Below, in pieces: positions 25,808 through 36,196 of a DNA stretch of 42,119 nucleotides (position 1 is the stretch's first letter; every line of letters starts with the position of its first letter). The notes below the pieces were generated by a model. That model saw only the letters and a list, made by a program, of their open reading frames with translations, did not search any database and was not told the DNA's origin. This DNA comes from Saprolegnia diclina VS20 (lineage: Eukaryota). Where the stretch lies: positions 206,598 to 248,716 of the forward strand of contig NW_008246085.1 of NCBI RefSeq assembly GCF_000281045.1, read 5' to 3'. The position numbers were made by a program, and so were the translations under genes.

Positions 25808-27340
25808 GGCAGGAGGCTCAATGCGATCGTGTCACACAGCACAATCAGTCGGGCGGCGGCGCGAGGCGATGGCCAAATCACCAACGGCAAATGGCATCTG
25901 CTCACTCGACCATGCTCAGCTTCGAACTTCGGTACTCAGACGCTTCTACGTAACAGCATCATAAATTGTTATAACGGTTGTTATGGCAACGTCCAGCGTG
26001 TCATCGTGGCAAACACTGGAACGCAATGATGCACTGTTTCCAGAATGCACCCGCCTGTGTTGAAGTGCCAACAGAAGCCGTGCAAGAAAGGCTGTGCATC
26101 TCCAGCTTCCATCGATGGCAACAACGTGTCGTCAGTGGAGAATGCAACAATATCGCAGCAGTCTCGTCACCTCGCGCCTCGCGCTTGACGCTCAGAAATG
26201 CGTGCCTGAACTTCGTCCTCCTCGGTCGAATGCTTGACTCCAACGACAGAGGGAATCAAGAGCCCACCAAAGTGCCCACCTTGGCCGGCTACCGGTACAC
26301 GTCGTGTGTGGTCTATCGTCGCATGCTCGCGTCTAGCTTCGCTGCACGACGACGTCACGTCACAGGCTTGCGACTGCAACCTGATCCTGTATTATGTCGC
26401 TTGCCCACGAATGCAGGATATATTGGAAGGGGCTGCCTTGTGAGGTGGTAAGCGTTCATGGATCGTACAGAGCGAGTTCGGAGCGAGTTCGGACGCACGC
26501 GCGCGATGGCATTCCGTCCTCCATGACCTCGCTCGAGCACGGACGGTGCCCCACGTTTGTCGGCACCGACCACACAGCGCGAGCTCATCTTTCACGTGGC
26601 TTTTCGCTCAGGGGGAAAAAGGGCGCGAGGCCTGCATTACCGCTGCACCTCGGGTGAGGCGTGGCGGGTTGCTTAGCGGAGAGCGAAAACTAGAATGCTA
26701 GGCTCTGCCGACCAGTCGTTGGTTTCGCCGAGCCGCCTTCTCTTGAAAAGTCCGTTTCGACTCCTTGCAGGCGCGAAACACCCATAACGTTAGTATAGAA
26801 GGGGTCGGTGAGTGCAACAAGCGTCCTCCGTCGTCACCGATGGGTTGTTGCCGAACAATTGCCAGCATCATCACACCCATAACCAACTGCACCATTGATT
26901 GAATTCGAAGTTATGGGTGCGATCGAACGCGCGCCGTCGGAGAAAAGTGGCCTCCTCGCCGCAAGCCGCCGCAAGCTGCCGCGCAGCGGTCGTGGACGGC
27001 TTGTCGCCGCTTGCCAGCGACCTCTGCCAGCTACAGCCTCTGCCACGCAACCGCTTGGCGAACCGACAGTGCTTGGAATACCCAGTTTGCACGTGGTGTG
27101 TTCCGGTACAGTAATCGTTTGTGTCGGCTGCGTCTTTCGATGGCAGCGCAGCCTCGAGAGCTGTGATAGCCTGAAGAGGCATCGCGCTGCGGAATCCTGC
27201 ATCCAGAGAAGACCCAGCAGGTCGACGACGTGATCACTTGTGTCGCGGAGTCCGTCAAGATTAGACAGGGCGCCATTTATACGGACGTTTGAAATCCCGA
27301 TTACCGCCGGATACGCCGTTAGTTGACATTTTTCACATTC

Positions 27341-28601
27341 ATGGCCGAGCGACGACCGATGTTCAGCAGCATCTCGGAGGAAGAGGCCTCGATGCTCCGC
27401 GACATCATCAGCAGCCCGAGGTCGTCGTCCACGGACGGCTCGATGCGTCCTAGCACCAAGATGCCGGCCAAGGTCAAGCCGACGCGGAAGCGCAAGCGGC
27501 GCAAGTCGGCCGCGCAGCTCAACGAGACGCCGGTACAGCGCGAGCAGCGGCTCCTCAAGGACCGCCTGCGCAAGCAGCACAGCAAGGAGCGTTTTCAGAC
27601 CGAGATTGATGACCTCCAGCAAACCGTCGGCGTGCTCGAGCAGCAGCTCGTGCTGGCGCATCATCGGAAGCGCGCAATCGTGCACGATGCGGCGTGGAAG
27701 GTACGGGCACTCGACGAGAAGCAGCGCTTTGCCCACGCGATGCAGACGCGCAACACGCTCTTCAACGAAGTCGTCCACCTCATCGAGAAGGCCGTTCTGT
27801 ACAAAAACATGACGTGGCGACAGGCCGAGGGCGAGGTCCTCCTCCTTTTTCAAAGTCCCAGTTTACTCATACGCGCCGTGTAGATGATCATTGACCCGAA
27901 GCGAGATCCGTGGCAGATGCACACGCTCGCCTCGAACCCGGTCCAGCGCGCCCAGCATATTCGCGCGATCGCACAGTACCAGTCGCAGAAGCTGACGCCG
28001 ACCTTATTCAGCAAGTTTCCGCGGTCCGCTACCGAAGACATGATCAACCTCGTGCTCGACGAGCGAGGCCAAGACATTGCGTACATGGAGGTCCGCAAGT
28101 ACGCCGTCTTCCAGGCTGACTATCGCGCACTCGCCAACTCCATATTTAACGGCCTCGCGTCCACGTCTGGCGAGAATCGTTCGGTACGAACCTCTTCCAT
28201 CGTCGGTGGCGCTCATATATGGATGACGCTAGGTCGAGTTTTTTGGCGACGACCTCGTCATCTCGTCGTTTCCGTGGGGCGGCGTCGTGCGGCGGCTGTG
28301 TCTCCAGCGCGTTGTCGACGGCGACCGCGTCTTCCTCATGCATCGGAGCATCCTCTACGACGAGACGCTGCAACACAACGTGCCCGAGCACGTGGCCTCG
28401 TGGTGGGTCTTTGAGCGCATGCCCGACACGCCGTCTGGGCTGCCCATGTGCACGCTGCGCAACTACGACCAGTGCTCCGTCGCGACGACGCCGGCCAATT
28501 CGAGCAAAGACTACGGGCTCTTCATGCGACGGACGGTCGAGAACGAGGAATGGACGAACCGGTACCTTGCCGCCCGCTTCCACTGCTTAATGATCAAATA
28601 G
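27341..28601 (+). CDS. bZIP-like protein with putative START/SRPBCC-like C-terminal domain, paralog 2
   Basis: Exons 27341-27835, 27884-28183 and 28233-28601. NLS-like RKRKRRK, then REQRLLKDRLRKQHSKERFQTEIDDLQQTVGVL, DPKRDPWQMHTL, DRVFLMHRSILYDE and SWWVFE. Confidence 0.8.
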
Positions 28602-29532
28602 TACCAGCATACAATGTACTTCCTTGTGGTAGGTTCCTGGCCTGGGCGCTGTACCGCATCTCGTCCATGGAGTGGCCGTCCGCACCACGCCCGTGTGTTG
28701 TCGACTGAGACGCTAAGAAGAAGACTAAGAAATCATTATTCTGGTCGCCTGGTCTCGTACGAAGGTCTAAGATGACAAAGAAACAGCATTCTCGTCGCAA
28801 AACTGAAGAGAACGCGTCGTGTAATACGCCAGCCTCTTGCTTCGTTCGGTGATGCGTTGTGTCCTACTGTGCGCGACGACGCAGCGGACGCATGTAGCGA
28901 TGACAGGTCGAACGTATACGTTGATCACGGTTGCGTTGGAGCTCTATGTTGTGGACCGATGACGTGGCCAACGGAGATTATTCCTCGCGGCATCACGCGC
29001 CGTGGGCGAGTGATAGCCTAGCCCAGCGGCAAGGCAAGTTGAAGGATCCAACATGAGTCATTTCGACAAACACCATGCGACGGACGATCGTGATCCATGC
29101 TTCCTCAAGTTGCAGGATCCAGAGCAGGGGGATATCATGCAGGTACCATCGTCTTCATGACGCTAGCAAGAACTCATATAAACGTCGTGCAATGGATCCC
29201 TCGCTAACCTCAAGGAAGAAGCACCGCGGATTATTTCTCTGTGCTATTGAGACTGTCGCCAGCCCGCGCGACTTCATTCGGTCGGACAGGAAGGAATAGG
29301 ATGCAGCGCGTATGTGATCCGCAAGACAAGCTGTCTCGGTCGCTGTAAAACCTGGTCATACCAGGGGCCAATTGCTGACGACTTCGGAAGGAACCTCCGG
29401 CTTCGGAACGCCCACAGTGGCTTGCGACGGTCCCGCCAGGGTATACCAAACACGTTCTGGCCACCGTGGCACGGCACAGGCTGTTGCAGCCGACGAGATG
29501 CAACGCGATCACACTGGCATGTCTCGTCGATA

Positions 29533-29554
29533 CGCGGTACCGCGGTACCGGTAC
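29533..29554. repeat. Palindromic tandem CGCGGTAC repeat
   Basis: CGCGGTACCGCGGTACCGGTAC contains the perfect 16-bp palindrome CGGTACCGCGGTACCG at 29535-29550. Confidence 0.6.
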
Positions 29555-29782
29555 ACAAGCCAGCACTCCGGCTATTCTAGCTGGCGATCCATGATGTCCC
29601 AGGCCTCGTACTGTATACGTGTAGTACACAGAGGGCAGGTACTGCAAGCAGATGCAATTCGGTCACCTTGACCAGGTGCACCCAAATCAGACTGCCCTAC
29701 CGCCAGCCCTGTAACGCGACTAAACATCCGGATGCCACATATTTAGATGCGACAGCAGCTATTTTCGATATTGCCCTCTCCC

Positions 29783-31084
29783 ATGGCCGAGCAGCTCGGC
29801 GACATCTCGGCCGCCGACGCGGCAATGCTCTACGATATCATCTCGAGCCCGACGCGCGGGCCCAAGGTCCATGACGAGCGGCAGCGCTTCGCAGACGCAA
29901 CCGGAGCCGGGCTCATGATGAGCCTCCTCTCGCCCATGACCAAGACCGCGCCAACGTCAGCGTGCTGCAAACGGCGCCGCAAAAAGTCGCTCGCGCAGCT
30001 CAACGAGACGCCATCGCAGCGCGAAGAGCGACTCCTCAAGGACCGCATTCGCAAGCAGCAGAGCAAGGAAAAGTTCCAGTCCGAGATTGACGAGCTCAAG
30101 CAGAACGCGACGACGTTGCTCGAGACGCTCTCGGCTGCGCAAGCCGAGCGCAAGCGCAAGTCGAGCACCATGTCCGAGTGCAAGTCGAACGCACTTGTCG
30201 AGCGGGGCCGGGTGCAGGAGGCCATTGCGACGCGCACGTCGCTCTTCAACCAAGTCGTCGAGCAGGTCGAGAAGGCCGTGCTCTTCAAGAGCCTCTCGTG
30301 GCGTCGCTACGAAGGCGACGTACGTCGACCTCCTCTTTCCATCGCCTTGGTCTTATTTCGACCTTGCATGAGTAGATGATCATCGATCCGAAGCGGGATC
30401 CATGGCAGCTGCACACGCTCTCAAACATGCACCGCGACCAACACGTGCTCGCGCTCGCTGAATTCCAGCGGGAAAAAGTGACGCCGGACCTCTTTAGCCG
30501 CTTTGCGTCGTCGTCCTCCGTCGGCATGTTCAACTTTGTGCTCGATGACACCAACCAACACATTGCGTTCCTCGAGCAGCGCAAGTACGGCGTCATCGAG
30601 GGCCATTACGCGGACATTGCACGGACCATCTACGACGCCTTCTCGACGACGACGGGCGAAGGCCGCGAGGTACTTCCTGTTGTGCGTCCATCTCTCTCGA
30701 GTCCCGCGCTCACTTGCGATGTAGGCCCATTTTTACGGCAAGGACGTGGTGCTTGCGACCTTTCCGTGGGGCGGCATCCGGCGGCGCATCTGCATGCAGC
30801 TCGTCAACGACGGCGACCGCGTCTTCCTCATGCACCGCAGCATCCTCTACGACGAGACGCTGCAGCACAAGATCGCCGAACACGTGGCAACGTGGTGGTG
30901 CTTTGAGCCGATGCCGAATGCGCCGGGAACGTGCCGGCTACGCGGCTACTCGCAAGTGGCACTCGACACGCCGCCGAGCAGCGCGAGCCACGACTATGCG
31001 GTCTTTATGAAGCGATCGACCGAGAACGAAGTGCGCGTCAACCACCTCCTCTCGTCGCGCTTCAAATGCTTGGACCTGAATTAG
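29783..31084 (+). CDS. bZIP-like protein with putative START/SRPBCC-like C-terminal domain, paralog 3
   Basis: Exons 29783-30319, 30376-30669 and 30725-31084. KRRRKK, then REERLLKDRIRKQQSKEKFQSEIDELKQNATTL, DPKRDPWQLHTL, DRVFLMHRSILYDE and TWWCFE. Intron positions match paralogs 1 and 2. Confidence 0.8.
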
Positions 31085-31169
31085 TACATTATCTGTGTGA
31101 TCTTAGTCGCCTCTCTGGGATCGAAGTGTGGCATCTCGGTGATCGTAGTGTAGTAGACAACGCGGCGTC

Positions 31170-34100
31170 TTAGTTCATGACGTCGATGAACTCGTTGAGC
31201 GCCAAGGGCGTCGGGCTACGGGGGCTGGTGACGTGCAGCGTCGGTGTGAGCCACGGCGCGGCCCCGAGACCCTGCAAGTACGTCGCGGTGGTTGTCGCAA
31301 GCACTTGAAACTTGCGCTTCTCGCGCGTACCGAGGAGCATCTGCGACAGCAGGAGCGCATCGGCCGGTGCCACGGACGGAAAGACGCGCGTCACCACGAG
31401 TGCGTGGTGCAGCGCCGCGCCAAATGCCTCTACGCACCAGCATATACGTATCCATCTATCCTTAAGATAACGAAAATGTACCTCGGATGGCGATGCGGGT
31501 GTTCGCGGCCTGCAGCGCTTGGTACAGGAGGTTGAGGAGACCGCGCTTCTTGGATGAGATCGGCGTCGCGGCGAGGAGCCGGAGCATCGTGTCGACGAGG
31601 ACGGACGCAATCATCTTGAAGGCGTCGACGTCGACAGCGTCGGTGCTGAGCGCGTCGATGAAGAAGCTGCAGAGCGCGTCCGTCACATCTGGAAGCTGGT
31701 GTTCGATCGAGAAGAGGACGCACGCTAGCTTGAGGACCTCGAGAAAGAGGGGCGGTCGACCCACCAAGTCGGGCAGCGTCGCGAGCGCGTCACGTAGCAT
31801 TTGAAAGTACAGCGTAGTCTCGGCGCCCAAGTCGTCTTTGGCGACCTTGAAGCGCTCGAGCATATGACGTTGCATCGCCTCGAGCGGCGCGCTGAGGTCG
31901 TACTGGAGCTTCTCCGAAAGCGACTGAAAGATGTTCTACATAGCGCTTGAGGACGACAACGTCATGGAACCAAGGCGTCGTACGTCGAACACGGAGGCCA
32001 AATGCGGCGTGAGGCTCGGCGGGCACGACTGCGCGAACGTGCCGATGCATTTGAGCACATAGGGCGCCGCGTACGCGCGATGCCATCGGACGCACGTCTC
32101 GAGAATGTCGAGGACAACGTCGTTGCGGCTCGACGCCGGGAGGATCGATGTAAACACTTGGATGGCGAGCTCCCGGACGCGCCCGCTGTGCGCAAAGAGG
32201 TCGATCGTAATGTGCCGGATGAGCGGCCAGTGCTCGACAACGAAGGCGTCGCGCATGCTGGCTTGGCGGATGCCGTGGAGGCCGCGCGACAAGAGGTAGA
32301 GCACGGCCTCGACTTCGAGAGCATTCGACTCTCTTGTCATTTGACGAAGGGCACTGAGGATGCGCGGAAACGCGCAGTTGATGACCGCCATGTAGTCTAA
32401 TCCAACGTCGCCGACTTTCGACGTATGGACAGAGACGTACCAGTCTCGGAAAAGCCCATGCCAAGGCGCAGGAGCGCCTCCAAGAAGTCTCCGTACGCGG
32501 GCGCGGCGGCAAAGAGCGTGGCGAGGACGTCTGGACGGTCGATGGCGCTCAAGAGCAGCTGGATGCACGCGGCTTTTGTCGCCGGCGTGGCCTTGGATTT
32601 CCTACATAGCATCTCCTGTATTCAGCAAGATGGCACGCAGACGACTACGTGAGTGCGTTGTTGAGTTTGAGAAGCGCCTTGGCGGCCGGCGCGCACACGA
32701 CCGGCGACGCAAGGCCCTTGGCGAGCACGCTCGTGACCAGTTGGTAGTACGTATCGTCAAACTGCATCGAAACGACGAGCGAGCTGATGAGCCTACGTCA
32801 CATGTGCCGCGACGATCAAAACACAAATGGCTGTACCGGCACATGCCTTGCATGAGCAGCGGGTGGTCTGGGAACGAAGGAAACACCGCGAGCGCCGACT
32901 CCCAGAGCGTTTGCACGGCGTTGAACAAGCCGTCGCTCTCGGTGTCCACGTCGTCAAAATCAAAGAGCTCCACCATGTAGTCGAGCACGAAGAGGAGCGC
33001 GTCGACTTGCGGAAGGTCGTTGGAGGTCGTCATGAGGCCGACCACGGTCTCCAAGCACACGTAGCTGCCGAGCCGGCCGTCCACATCCGGCCAATTGGCA
33101 AAGATGTTGAGGAGGGTGTCGCCAATGTATCTACGCGCCCAGAGACATTGGGCTCGAGCTCCACGGACGAGACGCGCACCGGCGGAGGTCCCGTGTCGCG
33201 TCGATGGCCGGGTGGTCGGACGTGAGGCTCTTGGTCGTGAAAAACCACGGCGGGTACTGGCACTTGAGAATAAGAAGCACGACGACCTCTTGCACAACGG
33301 GAAGCGCCGTCGGTACAAAGTCACTCCACGACGAGAGCGACGGAATGTCGTTCCAGCGCTTCTTCATCTCAAACACAAAGAACCAAAACTCGAGCGTCTC
33401 TTCCGTCACGGTCGCGTCCGGAAAGGACGTGCAGAGGACCAGGTACGCGAGGTACGCCTACGCCCATGAGAGCGCCCGTCAAGTACCTCGACAGTGTCTA
33501 CCTCGACAACATCGGGGGCGCACGCCTCGGCCTGCCGAATCGCCGCGCACCAGCCGCCGGCAAACACGCAGTGCGAATGCGCAAAGGCAATGACTGACGC
33601 GACTTTGGCCAATCCGCGCGCGACGGTGATGGCAGCCTCGAGCGACGGGTCGTCCATGAACGCGTCTTCGGACGCCTCTTTGGCCGAGAGCGCGTGGATC
33701 GCGTTGAGCAAGACGGGTTTGGTCGAGAGAATGCGCTTGGCGACGCGGACGACGAGCGTCGCTTCTCGCTCGTAGCGCTGTGCAGGACTAGTCATTCCAT
33801 GTTTATACACCGCAGCGCACAAGATGATGTCGAGGGTCCTGTACATGTTGCCGAGCGCTGGCGACGAGTTGGTGTGGGAGAGCGTGTCGGCAATGATCTC
33901 GGCGGCTAGCTGGGCGTACTGTGAGCATCGGAGTGGGAGGAGGAGACGTAAGTACCTGGGAGACGTCTTGTTTGGGCGTGATCATGAGATCGATGAGCAG
34001 GTCAAAGAGCTGCCTACAGGAAGGGTAGTCGTAGCGCCACATTGCGGCACGCACCCTTCGCTCAAGTCGACCGAGCAGAGCCCAAACTCAATCTCAACCA

Positions 34101-34798
34101 CGGGCATGACGTCGTGGCCCCAGTTTTGGAGACACGTGAGCGCGACGAACGCAGCATCCGGCCTGCAAGGGACGTCAACTTTGCAGACGACGAGCGATAT
34201 GCAAACGGTACATGGAGATGAGCGTGTCCCGAACAAGATGCAGCACGTGGATTGCGTCCTTCTGAAAGGCTTGGACCATCGTGGCGACCTGGGGCACGGA
34301 CTCGGCGAGCGAGCACTGCGAGTAGATCTCACCAGGAATGCCCGCGAGCACCTCGAGCAAGAGCAGCAGCCCGTGTGGCGACGCTTGGTTTGCCAAGAGC
34401 GTGCTGTGCAGACGCTCCTTCCACGACGGCCAATCTTGCTGGATCTGGACGACGGCGCTCGCGAGCGCGAGGCACACGAGCCGCTCGACAGGACGCACCG
34501 ACGCCGACGTCCGCGGTCGGTCGGCGATCAGAAACTGCAGCAAGTTATCGCGCACATGGACTTGGTCCGGTGCGTCCAGCACCGGAATGGCGCTTCGGAG
34601 CAGCCGCGCCGCAATGAAAAGCGCCGCCTCCGAGACCGACGCGCCGGCGGCCGAGGACATGAGCACGCGAAGCACGAGCTGCCACGACGTCGGGTCCATC
34701 TGGAAGCGGAGGAGGCGGTCGTGCGCCTCTCGCTGGGCCGCGGACCCCGCGCTGCCATTCACGAGGAGCACGTCGCAGCAGTGGATGAACTCGTCCAT
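31170..34798 (-). CDS. Importin-beta family HEAT-repeat protein (importin-13/transportin-3-like)
   Basis: The minus-strand ORFs join through about 10 GT-AG introns. IBN_N-like N-terminus QREAHDRLLRFQMDPTSWQL..ALFIAA, then LCLALAS, LLEVLAGIPGE, CLQNW and ETLEFWF, with a helical composition. ATG at 34798 (or 34840); stop at 31170. Confidence 0.75.
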
Positions 34799-35020
34799 GT
34801 CACCACCGTGTATGGAAGATTGCAAGGAGTTACCGGCCATCCCCGAGACTTTATACTATCAGAACTTGGAGGTTTTCATACCGGCGGTTGAAGTTGCTCT
34901 GGCGACCGACGACGGTGATCATCCTAAATCCGCCGATCAACGCCAGCAAGACGCGGCCACGATCTGCTCGTCGAGGCAGGACCAACGCGGTGGCACACAT
35001 TGTGGTCAGACCCATGGCCC

Positions 35021-35057
35021 GTCTAGATCTAGGTCTAGATCTAATAGATCTGGATCT
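35021..35057. repeat. Degenerate tandem AGATCT/CTAG palindromic repeat
   Basis: GTCTAGATCTAG GTCTAGATCTAA TAGATCTG GATCTG: a 12-nt unit twice, followed by decayed copies. Confidence 0.55.
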
Positions 35058-35334
35058 GTGCCAGGAAAGGTGGGGTCCACTCGGCGTGAAGAGAAGTACT
35101 TCAAGCTGTGGAAGTAAGCGTGATGTCCGAGGTCACGAGCCACTCTTGGATGGCTGCGTAAACACAGTGGGGCTGCAGTGGCCAAGGTGGCTTTGCTCTT
35201 GGAAGATTCTGCTTTGAATATGTGGACGGGACTCTACTATGTAGTACGTGGTACCTTGGGCGCTTCACCACGCGCCATCGCGGAGCTGCGAGCGAGCTTT
35301 CGCGCCGTGAGTTGGTGTCCCGAGTGTGGACTGG

Positions 35335-35396
35335 GATTGGCTGGGTTTCAATAACGCGTGTGATTGGCTACAATTCCTGCATCGAGCGATGATTGG
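35335..35396 (+). promoter_or_regulatory. Three inverted CCAAT boxes (GATTGG) upstream of MED21 in the importin/MED21 divergent promoter
   Basis: ATTGG at 35336, 35363 and 35392, within 90 nt of the ATG at 35426. CCAAT is a known oomycete promoter motif. Confidence 0.55.
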
Positions 35397-35425
35397 TCAA
35401 AAGTCGAGTCCAAGGGTTTGCGGCC

Positions 35426-35800
35426 ATGGACAAGGTCTCGGAGCTGCAGCAATGCGTCGACCAAATGGCGCTCGACATGTTCAACGCGCTGCGGCTGCTG
35501 CCGTCGATCGCCAAGGACGCGTCGCCCGAGGAGGTCAAGGAGCAGCGTGAGCGCGTCAAGGGCCTCGCGCGCGACCTCTTGCTCACGGCCAAGAAGACCA
35601 ACGACGTCATCGACAGCCTCCCTGGCCTCGACAAGACCGAAGACGAGCAGCTCGACGAGATGGCCAAGCTCCAGCTTGCGAGCGACGAAGAAGCGCGCAA
35701 CCTCTTTGAGGCCGAAGAAGAAGCGCTTCTCTGGAACCAGCGCGCCCAAGAGTCGCTCCGCGTCATTTGCGATACCCGCTTGAAGCGCTCGGACGCGTAA
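35426..35800 (+). CDS. MED21: Mediator of RNA polymerase II transcription subunit 21 (Srb7)
   Basis: 124-aa intronless ORF: MDKVSELQQCVDQMA..FNAL, LARDLLLTAKKTNDVIDSLPG and a C-terminal coiled coil. Confidence 0.88.
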   Translation: MDKVSELQQCVDQMALDMFNALRLLPSIAKDASPEEVKEQRERVKGLARDLLLTAKKTNDVIDSLPGLDKTEDEQLDEMAKLQLASDEEARNLFEAEEEALLWNQRAQESLRVICDTRLKRSDA

Positions 35801-36196
35801 GCCAGCTTTCTACCTTGATATCTATAGCATTGCCACTCGCCGTGATCAATTCCTCTGCAAGTACTCTCGACCACAGCAGCAACACGATCATGTTCATATC
35901 GTCCAAGCATCGAATGCTGTTTGCCGCTGATTGATGCATTACCCACAGTCACCTTATCGGAGCACTTGATGTACGAGAGTCTCTTGCGTACTTTATCTCT
36001 AGCAGTTAGGCGCCTTGACAAACGCATGTGCTCTGTGGCGATGACCAAGATGGGGTCGGCTCTCAGGTCGTCCGTCGGCTTGAACCGCCATTGCCTTCTG
36101 TATAAATGCATACCTCTCATTTTGCATAGATTTAGATATTTAGCTAGAAAGGTTTGGAGATTGCACTGTCAAATCGGATACGATTTTGTTGCCACG

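Noticed and set aside
25978..27233. ORFs between bZIP paralogs 1 and 2
   Set aside because: No codon bias, motifs or consistent splice model; treated as non-coding.
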